Assembly: GCA_051294905.1 (NCBI GenBank) | Contig: CM119378.1 | Coordinates: 4,032,001 to 4,096,000, forward strand | Source: Botryllus schlosseri | Taxonomy: Eukaryota | Direction of reading: 5' to 3' | Length of the DNA: 64,000 nucleotides | Shown here: positions 13,889 to 26,030 of the stretch, piece after piece | Layout of the letters: each line of letters begins with the position of its first letter | Position numbering within the stretch: the first letter of the stretch is position 1 | The notes under the pieces: generated by a model | The model's input: the letters and a program-made list of their open reading frames with translations, nothing else | Told to the model about the DNA's origin: nothing | The model's database searches: none | Position numbers and translations under genes: made by a program

Positions 13889-14113
13889 ACACTAGCCATA
13901 GCGATCTATTCTTAATTTCGCACAGCGCCGAGTATATGTAAATGACTCGAGATCGTTAAAGAGTAAAGATATTTTTATGTCATCGAGGTCTTCTAACAGA
14001 TGGTCCGTAAGTTCATATGTCATTGTGGCCCACCCTCCATTCATACCCATTGCCCATGTACATTGTACAATGTACTTTACGTGTACTACGTACGTGCAAC
14101 GCACATGTATAGA

Positions 14114-14457
14114 CCCGGCTAACCGACAGTCGTCGAGCATGTCCGCATTCAAGTCGAAATACAAGCAATTGGTTCTAAATGAATACTAGCCAGCCTTCAA
14201 CTTTACCGGACAACGATCTAACATCGACCTCGTCTTCCGCAACATGCTCCCTCAATTTGCCGCTTGCGTCTTATATTTTCTGCATTACTTTTCAGTCAGT
14301 GTGCATGCCTCCTCTTTACTTCGCCTATGCCAAGGTAGGTGTCTGATCTCAAAAACTACTCCAAGTTGTTTCGACAACTTCCTATCTTTTCATTGTATCG
14401 CAGTTTTGTGGTGTTTTGAAACGATGAAAATATTAATAAAACCGATCGATTGATTGA
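14114..14457 (+). mobile_element. 5'-truncated, diverged copy of the same LINE family (3' end only)
   Basis: Matches ~36140-36480 (RQSSSMSAFKSKYKQL versus RQSTSMSTFKSKYKQL; shared TCAGTGTGCATGCCTCCTCTTTAC). Ends in AATAAA and a GATT-type tail. Confidence 0.9.
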
Positions 14458-14930
14458 CCCAGAGGCTGTTTGATGTATAGTCATGTAGTGTATAGGCCTA
14501 TAAGGGGTACAAACCTCAGATGCAAATTAACATGTATTTACCATTCGCCACCCATATATTTGGGTACCTATATTGTAATATATAGTCACTGGAGGATGGG
14601 AATGTAGTATAGCCTGCTGTATATACCATTGCCGCAATACCTTCCTATGCCGTATATCCTATCACTTTCAGCGATTTTATAATCAACTCTGACTATATAT
14701 ATACTATAGTTGTAATATACTCTTGAACAGCGGTTCGTAGTTGCAACTATAATTTCAACCTAAATACGGAATTTCTATGAAACATTACGTTATCAGTATA
14801 AGTATCGATGTAAAAATTGGCGTAATAGTACGGGAATTTCGGCAGTCTGCACGTTACATTCCGCGGGCCAGCATCAGTTCATCAGTTCGCACGACTCATA
14901 TAAATTTCAGTTCTTTTCTCGTCCCGCCGT

Positions 14931-17900
14931 TCAACTTTCTGGCGGTTCAACCGGGAGAGTGGGCGCTTTTCCATTTTTGATCGTTTCTTCTGCCTCCGGC
15001 GCGGGCGGCGGCGCTTCTTCATCTGCCGCTGGCGGCTGGGCGGGCTCTTCCGGTGCTGACTGATTCACTGCTGTATCCGATGGGCTAACCGCGGAACCTT
15101 TGCACTAAGAAATATATCTCGTCAGTGTATTATATTTACAATTGAATAATGCCGGTGACGTCATATTTTGGGATACGATTGTTGATATACAATGTTATTT
15201 CCAATTTTATACTTGTCGCTGACGATTAAGCCTGACGAGTGTAAGCCTAAAATATTCGGGTTTATTTCAATATGAAATTATTATTAAATGGTATATTGAA
15301 GTTTTATGCCTCCAGGAGTATCTTGGAATGGTATAATCCATGTTTTGAAAATAAAACCCATTCTTATCCCCGGTAGCAAGCCTGCTTATACTCAACCCTC
15401 GCCATGCCGGACGTCCGGACCAATGGATCATATCGACTCCGCCTACCGGCACATGCAACATTCATTTTCATCGCTTGTCCTTTTACGCTATTATCTTCTG
15501 TTATTATTTGAGGGACAGGACTGAGGGATATTCAAATACACCTTTCGCGTGCGACGTATCGGATACGGGATAGATACGCATTTGTACAAAATACAGCATT
15601 CGCACCGGATGTTTGCGAAAAATCCAAGTTTTTTATTTAGCCATTTTATGACTGTAGTATTTGGTGGTCTAATGCAGGGATACTCAACTATTTTTACCAA
15701 AGGTCCCGTTAGAAAAGTTTAGAATTTGCTTCGGTCCGGTATAACTCACATGAATGATTTACAGTCAAACAAATGTAATACGGTACAACTGCAGAAAATC
15801 CTTTAAAGCGGTTGTATTAGCAAAAGCAATAATCGTAGGGTACTTATTGTTCTGTTAGTCGCAGTTAATAGAAGATTTGGCAGTTTTAGGTCTTATTAGT
15901 TCTTCAAGTCTTGGTTTTTTTTTAAATCAAACTACATAAATACAGAGTCAGATAAGGTCCTGATTCAAGACTGAAAAGGTCCACATTAGGACTGCGTTCC
16001 AGGGTTGTAATGACTCGAATCGCAATTTTTCATTGACTCGAGTTAAGTCACTTTGGGTATTGACTCGACTTCTACCCAAGTCATATGACTTAAGTCATTC
16101 TACATGGCTTGATTCAAGTCTTATACATCAGGACAGGTAGTTGAAAATTGGGACAGCTTAGCTGTCTTTATCTGTTTGAATAAACATCTCCAGCGTGAAA
16201 TAAAAGAGTACGTTACGAATACGAGGCGCTCGATATAGCGTAATTGCGTCAAAGAAGTTAGCTGAGCATGATTGGAACTCAAAAATTAACAGTGATTACT
16301 ATGACTTTGAATCGGACTCGACTGTCTGCCCCATGATTGGACTCGAACTTGACTCGGTGTTGAATTGAAAATGACTCGACTTGACTAGAGTCGCAACTAT
16401 AAAAGTAAGACTGACTTGTGACTTGGTTAAAACCCTGCCCGTTCCGCCAGTTGTGAGCACCCATGGTCTATTGTCACTGTACCATTCGAAATGCCTGTAG
16501 AATTGTTAGGTTTTTACCAATTTTATAACAGCTCCAATCGCAGCAAGCAACCCTATCCCGCCCGTTACTGCCGATATGATGATCTCCATGAGCGACCATC
16601 CTTTGTTTGCTGCCTCTTCGGCTTCTCTTTCCGCCTTTTCCTTCTCTTCCGCATCTCGCTTCTTGCGGTCTCTCAACGACATTTGCCTGTCCGGGTTCGT
16701 GCACAGCTTGAAGTCGGTGCACGTGTCCTTGGGTTCGGAGCAATTGGTGCACTTTGGCCCGGCTTGATAGGGTCGGTATCCCGGTTCTCTGGGTGCTGAA
16801 ACATACCGTTTTTAGATGAGTTAGTTGTGGGATCGAGAAATTTGTTGGCGATTCTGTTACATTCTAAGTCTTCGTAGAACAGTAAGTATACGGCGAACTT
16901 CCAAAATGAAACCTATATATTCAATAGTGTTCAGCAGAGCTATTATTAGACAGGCGATCAGTATCCAGAGTGGAGCTATATGAAAGACCGGTAGATAAAA
17001 ACACAGGGTATAGGGAATACCAATTGGCAGTAATTTGGCCTACTAATGCTATACAAATAACAGTCATTCGATACCTACGTATTACGTAAATGCACTAACA
17101 GAACAGTTTAATTGCAGGAAATCTGACGGAGCCCATACGCATCAGCACAAATGCGTTCAACATCAGTTAATCATCCTATCCTTAATTTGCTTCTCAAATC
17201 TAGAAATTAAGGCACGTGCCTTGAAAATGTATAGGCAGCTATTAGTGTAAATATCGTTTTTTCTGTTTCAAAGGTGATCCCACTGCTGATATTCAATGTT
17301 CTTTCCAATTCTCCAGTATAGTTGCTGACGATTATTTCTGATGAGCGTCCGCCGAGCATATTCGAGTTTATTTCAATATGAATATAATATTCAATTGTAG
17401 CCTATATGGAGGTCTTTACCTCCAGGTGTTTCTAATTATGAACACCGCGGCGTCGATATTTTCGCCACTTTAGAGCTACGCATGGAAGTTAGAATCCAAG
17501 TCCCTTTAGTGGCGCGTGACAACAATAGGTTTGTTATTGTAGTCTCTAAAGCCACTGTTCTGACTACTTTAATATCACTGATTCTTATCTTTATCTCTTG
17601 GGCGCGCTCTAAACTAACCGTACCATGCTTCACATCCCCCATCTATTTAAAATAAAACCACAACCAAATTTGTCTCGCGTTAACATGTTTATAATATGGT
17701 AGGACACTCAGGTGGGTTGGCACCAATATTTCATCTAAGCTGCGCACGTGCGCAAATGCGCAGTGCTGACACGGTCTCTGCGCACAGAAAATATGAAGTG
17801 ATGACTTTTTTTTAGTCGTTACACACTGTTGTCCAAGGGTCTGCGCAGTGAGTTGGTGAGTGTGCGCAGACTCGTCGAAGATTAGAGGGAACATTGACTG

Positions 17901-20900
17901 TCGCTGCATCTCCGCTACCAGCACATCCTTCAGTTGGTGCGGAATTTCAGCAAATGAACCACAGGTGATCAGCAATACTTCTACTTTTCGAACGAAGTAT
18001 ATTTTGCCCACTTTCACAACATCCCCAAATGGTTATGATTTTAGACTAGTTCTGCTTGGCCGGTTTCCGTTTATTTTTGGCAAATCAAGACCTGGAATAC
18101 TACAACTTTGTTACTTACCTGTAAATCGCTGCTTTAGTGGAAATTTATGGCGTTACTTCTACATCTACTCGAGTACCAACGATGGCATCTGCCATCAACA
18201 CACACAAGGGAATGCAACTTCGGAAAATACGGATATCAAAGGCAAATGATAGTTTCGATACTATTTTCCACTGTGAGAGCGTTGAAAACTTACTGTAAAG
18301 CTAAGAACGTCAGTGGCAATGGTATTTCTGTGAAGTTGTCATCGACCCACATCCTTGCCACAAAATGCAATGAAATGGGTAGGGTAGGAAAATCCCAAAT
18401 AATCGCTAATGTGATAAAGAACTGTCATTACATTCTTTGTTGTCGCATAAAAGGTACATGTTTGAACTTTCCAGATATTTCACATTGCTACGGCGTCATA
18501 CTCAGTGATACTCGAATGTTCGGTTGGACTCGAATCCTAATCCCCTTTTCTGAATCGAATCACTCAGATAGTAGATTTTGCTCAGCTCTAACAATAACCA
18601 AACGGAGTCTTAATGACATCTCGCTAGCGCAACGATAAGAATGAAATTAGCTGAATGAAATACACAATGCCCACAGGTTTTTATGGCATTACCTTTTGGG
18701 TAGTAAGCGCACATATAAAGTGTGGCGTCCTCGTATATTTCCCGCGTTGCCGTCTCCAGGATTGGACAGAAAGTGGCGGCACATCTGCATGGGCAAAATT
18801 CTGGTTATGCAAAGATCCAAACTACTGATTTGCCGGCAGAAGTTAGCCCACGGTCCGTAGTTGGACCAGAACTGGACAACTAAAACTTTCAGCTGTTCAA
18901 ATTTAGATGTGAACAGTACAGTTTTCCCCAAATCAGACAAGAATTATCTATATCGGTGGTTCCAAACTTTTGTGGATGTCGGAGCCGCAATTCAAACTAC
19001 AGATTACTTATGGAGCCGCGCGAAAACTCTCGAGTACTCATAACAAAAATTTAAAGGCAGGTATATAGCCTACCTCTAGATCAGGGCTTCTCAACCTGGG
19101 GGGCGCGAAGGTGCGGTCACCTGAAAAAAATTTTCGCGCTCTGCGCGATTTTCCTCCAATGCACGCGTGTTTCTCTCTATAAACCCAATTTCGTCTTTTA
19201 TTATTCTCTCATCAACATTCATAACCGTCTATACCACCAAACAATCTGTTGGGGTTGCTAGCATCCCAGTTGGATTTTGTGATATGACGATAAGGGGGGC
19301 GCGAAATTTTTCACTATCAAAAAGGGGGGCGTGTCTAAAAAAAGGTTGAGAACCACTGCTCTAGATCCCACCATTCAGCTAATTCAAAATCATGCACAAT
19401 TGCACAATGCATATCGACTTCTATAGATTCTATTTCGGTTATTTTTGCATTGATAGACGTAGATTGGCGAGAGCTAAACATTGAAATACACTGAAAATGC
19501 ATATCGTTACTATAGCATACTATATATGTCGTTATTTGATAGCTCTTCATACATTTCAGCACTTAATGCACAAGTTTGAGGGGTTTATTCGCTGAGTAAT
19601 ATTGGTAATATTGCAATTTATACTTGACTATGAGCCGTTACTTCGATGTCAGTAAAATTGTGTCGAAATTTATTCTTCACATACACCAGTGGTTCTTAAC
19701 CTTATATGATTTCAATATCTTTTGACTATAAAGCGGATAGGTGGTCACAAAAAAACAACATGCAACGAAGTAATTGTACCATCTGACCCGCCCGAATATG
19801 CATGATTATTAATTGCGTGCCCTACATTTTCCAAGACAACATCTCATTCAGCGCTACCGGTAAATATTATTACGTGGGCTGAGAGGATAAGAAATAATAG
19901 CGCTATATACATATGCAATTACCGATATTCTTAACCGATTTATTCATCCATCATAGACAACTTTCTCGCCTAGGCGACCAGGCCATACAAGCTTTTCTCA
20001 TCATCGAAATCACGCGACTCGGGGTCTTGGGGGCGAAGCCCCACGGAAGTTTGGTTTATCACCCTATCGTGACCAAAGACCAACGTTTTGAGGGGGCTGA
20101 CGAAGTGCTGTTATTACGGCCCTATCTCTTGCCCATTGTTTTATTACAGTCCTTAAAATATGGGGTGGGGGCGCTAGAGCATGATAAGTTTTGAAAGGGG
20201 GCGCTGGAGGAAAGAAAAGGTTAAGAACCACTGACATAGACGATCTATAAAGGTCTATGACCAGCTGAACTCAAGATATGCGTTTGACGCTATTCTGAAA
20301 CAATTCTTTTTCCTCGTTTTCAGAAGCGGCCTTGGGCGGCATTAAACATGACTAATATCCCCTATTTTAGCCCTCACATACAGAAATTGACTAGGACTAT
20401 TCATAAAAAAACTGTCTATTATATATTTTGCCATGTACTCAGTTCTTTCCAAATTAAATTGGAACTAGAATTACTGAATTCGAGAGAACTTGAAAATTGA
20501 ATCAAGTATATACAGTTGAAATAAGAGTTTCATTCCCACAAGCATGAGAGTGAGAAATCCCTGTACAGCAAGCTCGGCTCGTTTTGCAGAATACTGTTCT
20601 CCTGTAGCATTATCAGGAAAAACGGAAATTGGAATAAAATTAAACTCGGAGCATATAGAAACATTTCAAAAATCAGATTCGAATTAGAGCAAAGAAAAAT
20701 TTCACAAATTGGATTATAATTAGCTTACCGGCATTTCTCTCCAATTAATCTAATTAGATAATAATAATTATCTAGCTGTTCAGCCTGGTTTAGACAGCAC
20801 TGAATATTACGATGTTACTTCCACAGTGACTTTTACGTAAGGCGATCTTACCCGATTTTGTAGGTTTTGCTGTAGGCAATTTGGAGAAATTCGCCGCAAA

Positions 20901-23288
20901 AGTCGCTGCATGATCCACCGTCTTCGTAATTAAACAATTCTTGTTGTCTCAACCACCTCAGAACCGAAGAATAGTGGAAGTCGTCCGACCATTCGGCGGC
21001 CGCAATAAAAAAATTCTGTTTTTTAATGTAAACACGATTATAGTATGTATCCGTTAATGCGAACTCGCCTAAATTTATATATTATTGACCTTATATAGGA
21101 TTCTAGGTTATAGCTTGATTCCATAGTGGACACACGCACAGATACAACTATAATTAAACCTATTGTAGATCTGATAAAGTTTTCGTGGCACAATTCGTAT
21201 TTATAATATGCACTAAATTAGGGTTACCATATTTTGGAATCGGAATCACGAAAGTTAGTTGACCGAAATTGAAAACAGCTGATTTTGCAATATTTACTGG
21301 AAATCTTGTGATGTTGACTAAAGTCATCACTTTGACTCGACTCCCAATTTACCCAGTTTTTATTTTAATTTTGTGGAGTTGACTAAAAAAAGTAATCCGA
21401 CTACAACCCGCTCGAACGTCCTTATTAACTATTTCACGTAATGACTCTGTCCATTAACCGAGCTGTAAAGAAGGAAGAATTGCCGAAAATAAGGACATTT
21501 AGGCGTCCTAGGAGGAGAGGATAAATCCTCCTAATCGTGGACGTATGGTAACCGTAACTAAATGAGAACTGTTTCTAATAGCTAGTGACTATTCGTCCAC
21601 GGTAGTGATGACGGATTTATACTGCGGTTTGGTCTGCAGACCTGTTAAAATAACTATATTGTGTCACACTTTAGGAAGAAAAATTTAAATATACTATTTG
21701 TAACATTGGAAGCAAATGTTAATATTCCGCCAGTGATTCAGGTAATAATGCCTCGATAGTTTTCAAGTCGAGTTCGAAGTCAAGGACATATGCAAGGTAT
21801 GTTTTTTCCGCAAGAGAGCGGGGATAAGATTTTGAATATTTATAGGGAATTTACTGGGATCGGATATTAACACCTAATATTTCAATTATACCGGATAATT
21901 GTTTTGTGATTCCCAACTCTTTTACATTACGTGCAACTATCCTCTATCAATTGGCGACATCGTCTTATATTTTTCAGTCCAGAAAACACTCTTATATATT
22001 CAACAGCAAACAAATACGGATGAGAACTACTATTGCAGCTATTTGTATTGGGAAGCCTTCGGGAAATCAATTGACATAATGATTTAGCATGTAGTTACGC
22101 GGTCGCAGATGGGAACTTTCCCACATCTAACCAATTCATCTTATTGATTCTTGAACGTATAACACAATCAGCGACCTGTGTACGTTATAATCGAAATAAT
22201 ATTATCTTATATACACTGGAGAAATTCTTACCTGTCCTGCTTCAGGCCATAAATCTGTAGTTGTGTTATCTTTGGTGGCATACAAACAATTACTTGTCCA
22301 ATCTACTGCAAATTCCATCAAGTCCTGATCCCACGACATTTGTACCATGTCAGACGCGACAGGGGTCATATTCAAAGCCCGCACCTGATCATGCAGTGAC
22401 ACGACGATGTCAATATCATTCTGCAGGAAAGAAGTAAAGACTACATCGGTGCATGGAATTTATCACTATATCACGAGGTCTCGACCAAAGCAATTCGGGA
22501 ATGTATTCCTCGCAATAGTCCGCACGAAACCGTGACGGACCTTTGCCTTCACTATACACACAGTTTGAGCAGTCACAACCAGTAAATATGATATCTGGTG
22601 AATAATAGAGCCTTCGCAACCCGAGATAATACATGATACTGTCTAGTTGCCGTCCTAAATATGTTTTTTTTTCGACTGTTTATTTTCGAAGCAATAATTA
22701 TATCAAGTTGTCAATATATACGGAGATCGGACACTTTCAAGAAATATCCGGAAACACGGAAATAATTCATTGATTTAGGGACTTATTGTCAGTAACGGAT
22801 TTGTATAATTTAGTAAATCACCTGCAATTATAAATTGGTGGAAAAGAACACGGCTTAGATACTTTTTGTAGACAGTTTCTCGTGGTATGAAATCATTATT
22901 TAGCGATTTACATCAAATACATTAAATTACACGTCTGCGAGGAAGTATTTGAGTCATTTGGTTGTGAACCAAGAATCTTATATTTTCGAGACGAGATATG
23001 TGTGTTATTTAATTTTTAGTTTTCTTGTCCGTGTTTTATACCGGCGTGCTAATGGTTTCCCTCATGAAAACAAGTCGTAACCCATGCACTATGCTTTCCC
23101 TCTCAGCCGTAGCTATATGAAGTTGCTTGCGATAATACTGGACGTGGTAGGTTCCCCCAGTGACCCATTCAAGCGAATTTACTCACCTGCGTGAACGGTA
23201 TGTTTCTCCCAGTGGCCTCCTCGCCATTAGATCCCAGAATCACGAGCGACAGCGAAAATGCAAATATCACATAAACTCTATATCTCAT
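14931..23288 (-). CDS. CAP/SCP (GLIPR1/PI16-like) domain type I transmembrane protein, 332 aa
   Basis: 6 phase-consistent exons: 23288-23187 (signal peptide MRYRVYVIFAFSLSLVILGS; an in-frame ATG at 23297 is also possible), 22420-22232 (HDQVR..PVASDMVQMSWD), 21015-20852 (..CGEFLQIAYSKTYKIG), 18784-18693 (CAATFCP..YMCAYYP), 16795-16518 (PYQAGPKCTNC..LC hinge, charged stalk, TM IIISAVTGGIGLLAAIGAVI), 15104-14931 (Pro/Glu-rich tail, TGA). Total 999 nt. Confidence 0.92.
16000..16437. mobile_element. Degenerate hAT-type MITE with GACTCGA subterminal repeats, within an older hAT relic (~15675-16463)
   Basis: Ends CAGGGTTGTAA and TTAAAACCCTG; the TSD is only partly preserved. Confidence 0.55.
19082..19358. 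mobile_element. hAT (Charlie-type) MITE, 277 bp
   Basis: TIRs CAGGGCTTCTCAACCT and AGGTTGAGAACCACTG; perfect TSD CTCTAGAT. Confidence 0.9.
19687..20233. mobile_element. hAT (Charlie-type) MITE containing a family B fragment
   Basis: TIR CAGTGGTTCTTAACCTT; TSD ACATACAC/ACATAGAC (7 of 8 match). Confidence 0.8.
21219..21556. mobile_element. hAT (Blackjack-like) MITE
   Basis: TIRs TAGGGTTACCATA and TATGGTAACCGTA; ACTAAAT on both flanks; AGGAC subterminal motifs. Confidence 0.65.
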
Positions 23289-24774
23289 GGTATACATGTA
23301 TTTCCGTTGCGCATCACATTTCTAATTCTCTTATTGTTTCCATAAGGCACTAAATATGCGTGTGTATTAGAATCGAGAATGATGAGTAGTATGTTTACGA
23401 TATGGGCTGCTATATGTCGCGGTCTCATCGCAAGTCTATCAAAAACTTAATGAAAAATTCTTCCCAACGATTTTTCTGATAGAAGTATTGTGGCGATTTT
23501 TTTTTCTCCCCTCGTCAGCTTTACATTGGCTTCCCTTTTCGCTCATAGGCGCACAGACCTCGCAGTGTGCGTGGTTATAGCAGTCGATCACCAAGAAAAT
23601 ACCAATCTCATCTTGCCTATCTGATTTTCTATTTCAATATAACTGTAACCCTACAAATCACAAGCAAGCTGGCTTTCAGTGCGTTCTGACGTTTTCAATT
23701 ACACTAGCCAACCACAACGCGACAAAGAATTTCACTGCGATCCATATGAAGCAAATCATGAGAGATATCACTTGTTTCATTTTCAAGGGCCCTTATATAA
23801 TTTCATTAATATACATAAAGCAACTTGTAGTATGTTCAACAAGTTCATGCTACCTCCGGATTTCCTTTTGTTTTTATTTCGCACTGACGCCACCTAAGCA
23901 TTCTCGTAATTCATCATAACAATAATCCACTAGTGCTGTTTTGTTTTCGCGATCACAGATAAATACAGATCATGAGTACAATGAATTATAATCTCTGTTC
24001 AATAGTTTGCTATAAATTTATTTCCAATCTAATCATATTGACGCAAAGTCACCAATGAGTACCTTTTCACTGTTCTACAATGCATATAACGTTATGTCGC
24101 TGCGTTATTCCGGAAGGAGCCGAGAATTGTCAGTGCAGATGATCATGTATCGAACTTTGGCACATATCAGGATGAATTTGACAAATGCAATAATCCCTTC
24201 AATTCAAATCAGGCAGTCTTTTATACAAATCTTATGTAAGACTACAGCTGAGTATTGTAGTAAGTCTTGATAATGGATTTAGTAAAATTTTAACACTATT
24301 GGCGTGATCAGAGAAAGCTTATCATTTCTCGTCGATAGATTCTGAACAAGTTGCAAAACAAATTATGAATATATACTAGATACGTAATAGCAATGGCAAC
24401 ATGGCGTCATTGTTATCATTCTGTTTCTTCAGTCAGCATCTTTCGCACCCAGGGACCCGGGAATCTGATTCTATCGTAGGAACAAAACAAGTTAGATCCT
24501 ACCTCACCAGACATGGGGTGATCGTGAATTGTAATCTGTTTTCGTCAGAAGTAGTACCACGGAATAGAGGCACAGCCAAGTCTCAAACTACTTTCGACGC
24601 AAAATCCCAATACGTTTACATCTTTAAAACGAAGATTTAACAACAAGCACTGCCACAGACGCATGCGGAGGGAGTCGTTTTTAACCAGTGGTATATAAAC
24701 CCCTACTTTTCTACAGCGATATTCGTAACGGTGTCTCGTAATACACGTGTGTGGATGATATAGATTGGCCACGC

Positions 24775-25150
24775 GTTTATTGTATTGTATTGTACTGATA
24801 AGGTGCGGCAGTGGTCCTTATAACCTTATGAGGCTTTGTGCTTCACGATAATGGCACAGTGGCAATTTCAACAGTTCCATGCATTTTTTCATGGCGACTT
24901 TTCTTGCACTCCCTCTTCCACGAATCAGCCTCTCTCTCTCACTTACATGCGCCTTCATTCGTCGGATCTTTGCTGCCGACTTTCAAGCTCGGCTCACTGT
25001 ACTTTCTGGGCTTCCAAGTCAATGCAATCGCAGTGAGGTCGGTGATGAGGAGCCCAGATAAACCTCCGACCCATAGAAACTTGGTTAGAGCCGAGACTCG
25101 AACCAACATCCAGTATTGTCGTGACGGTGTCGCTGAGCACACTACGCCAC
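24775..25150 (-). mobile_element. Probable tRNA-derived SINE
   Basis: Minus-strand A-box-like TGGCGTAGTG and B-box-like GGTTCGAGTC at ~25097-25149, and an (ACAAT)n tail at ~24775-24796. Confidence 0.5.
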
Positions 25151-25611
25151 TCGCTTCCCGCCCACGCGTGTGTTACGTTACGAGAAAAATCGTTTTATTA
25201 TATTCAGTTACTTTTTCCGGGCCCGAGTCCAAGGATGCAAAATGAACGTAATCATGAATAATCGTGATGACTTATCGATTCTCCGTGTCTGCCTCTCCTC
25301 CCCAGCACGAGCCAAAAAGCGTAAATATCGACAATCTTTTAAAGTCCATCTTACACGTGAAAGCCGATACAAATTGTACTTCGAGCGAGTCTTTCGATAT
25401 AGCTTCGCCGCCACACAAAATCGGCTCATTAATTCAACCGGAATATTTTCGTCCGAGATTCGTCAGGGTTTATTGACAGCAACTAATGGAGAATTGGAAA
25501 TATCGTTGTATATCAACAATCGTGTCACCAATATACGAGGTTATTTCAAAATATCTACTATAGTTGCTGACGGTAGTAGTGTAGTCGATCGGTCTGGGTG
25601 TGCCTTGGGCG

Positions 25612-26030
25612 CTTATGGCGGGGTGGCGAGCGGCTGGAAAACCGGGGGTGGCGAGCGGCTCCTTATACCTTATGGCGGGGTGGCGAGCGGCTATTGTGTC
25701 TTATGGCGGGGGTGGTGAGCGGCTCTTATTTCTTATGGCGGGGGTCGTGAGCGGCTGGAAAACCGGGGGTGGTGAGCGGCTTTTATGTCTTATGGCGGTG
25801 GTCGTGAGCGGCTATTGTGTCTTATGGCGGGGCCGCGATTCGCCATGTGTTCTTATGGGTGCGGTCGTGATTCGCCTTTTCGGGTATAGGCCGCGGTCGT
25901 GATTCGCCGTGAAAACTCGTGGTCGTGACTCGCCTTTTTTGCTATAGGCGGTGGCGGCGATTCGCCTGTCGTGTATTCTTACGGGTTCTGTGGTGATTCA
26001 CCATGTGTTCTTATGGGCGCGGTCGTGATT
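25612..26030 (+). repeat. GC-rich subterminal tandem repeats of the giant element (mirror at ~42422-42840)
   Basis: Repeated CTTATGGCGGG(G)TGGCGAGCGGCT and GGAAAACCGGGGGTGGYGAGCGGCT units, decaying inward to GCGGTCGTGATTCGCC variants. Confidence 0.9.

Noticed and set aside
17900..18271. Exon-like segments with splice signals inside a CAP gene intron
   Set aside because: They contain in-frame stops, and the CAP protein is complete without them.
25612..26030. CRISPR-like array, or the 100-aa and 182-aa ORFs in the GC-rich repeats
   Set aside because: These are tandem degenerate units without unique spacers, in a eukaryotic context with no cas genes. The ORFs are by-products of stop-poor repeats.
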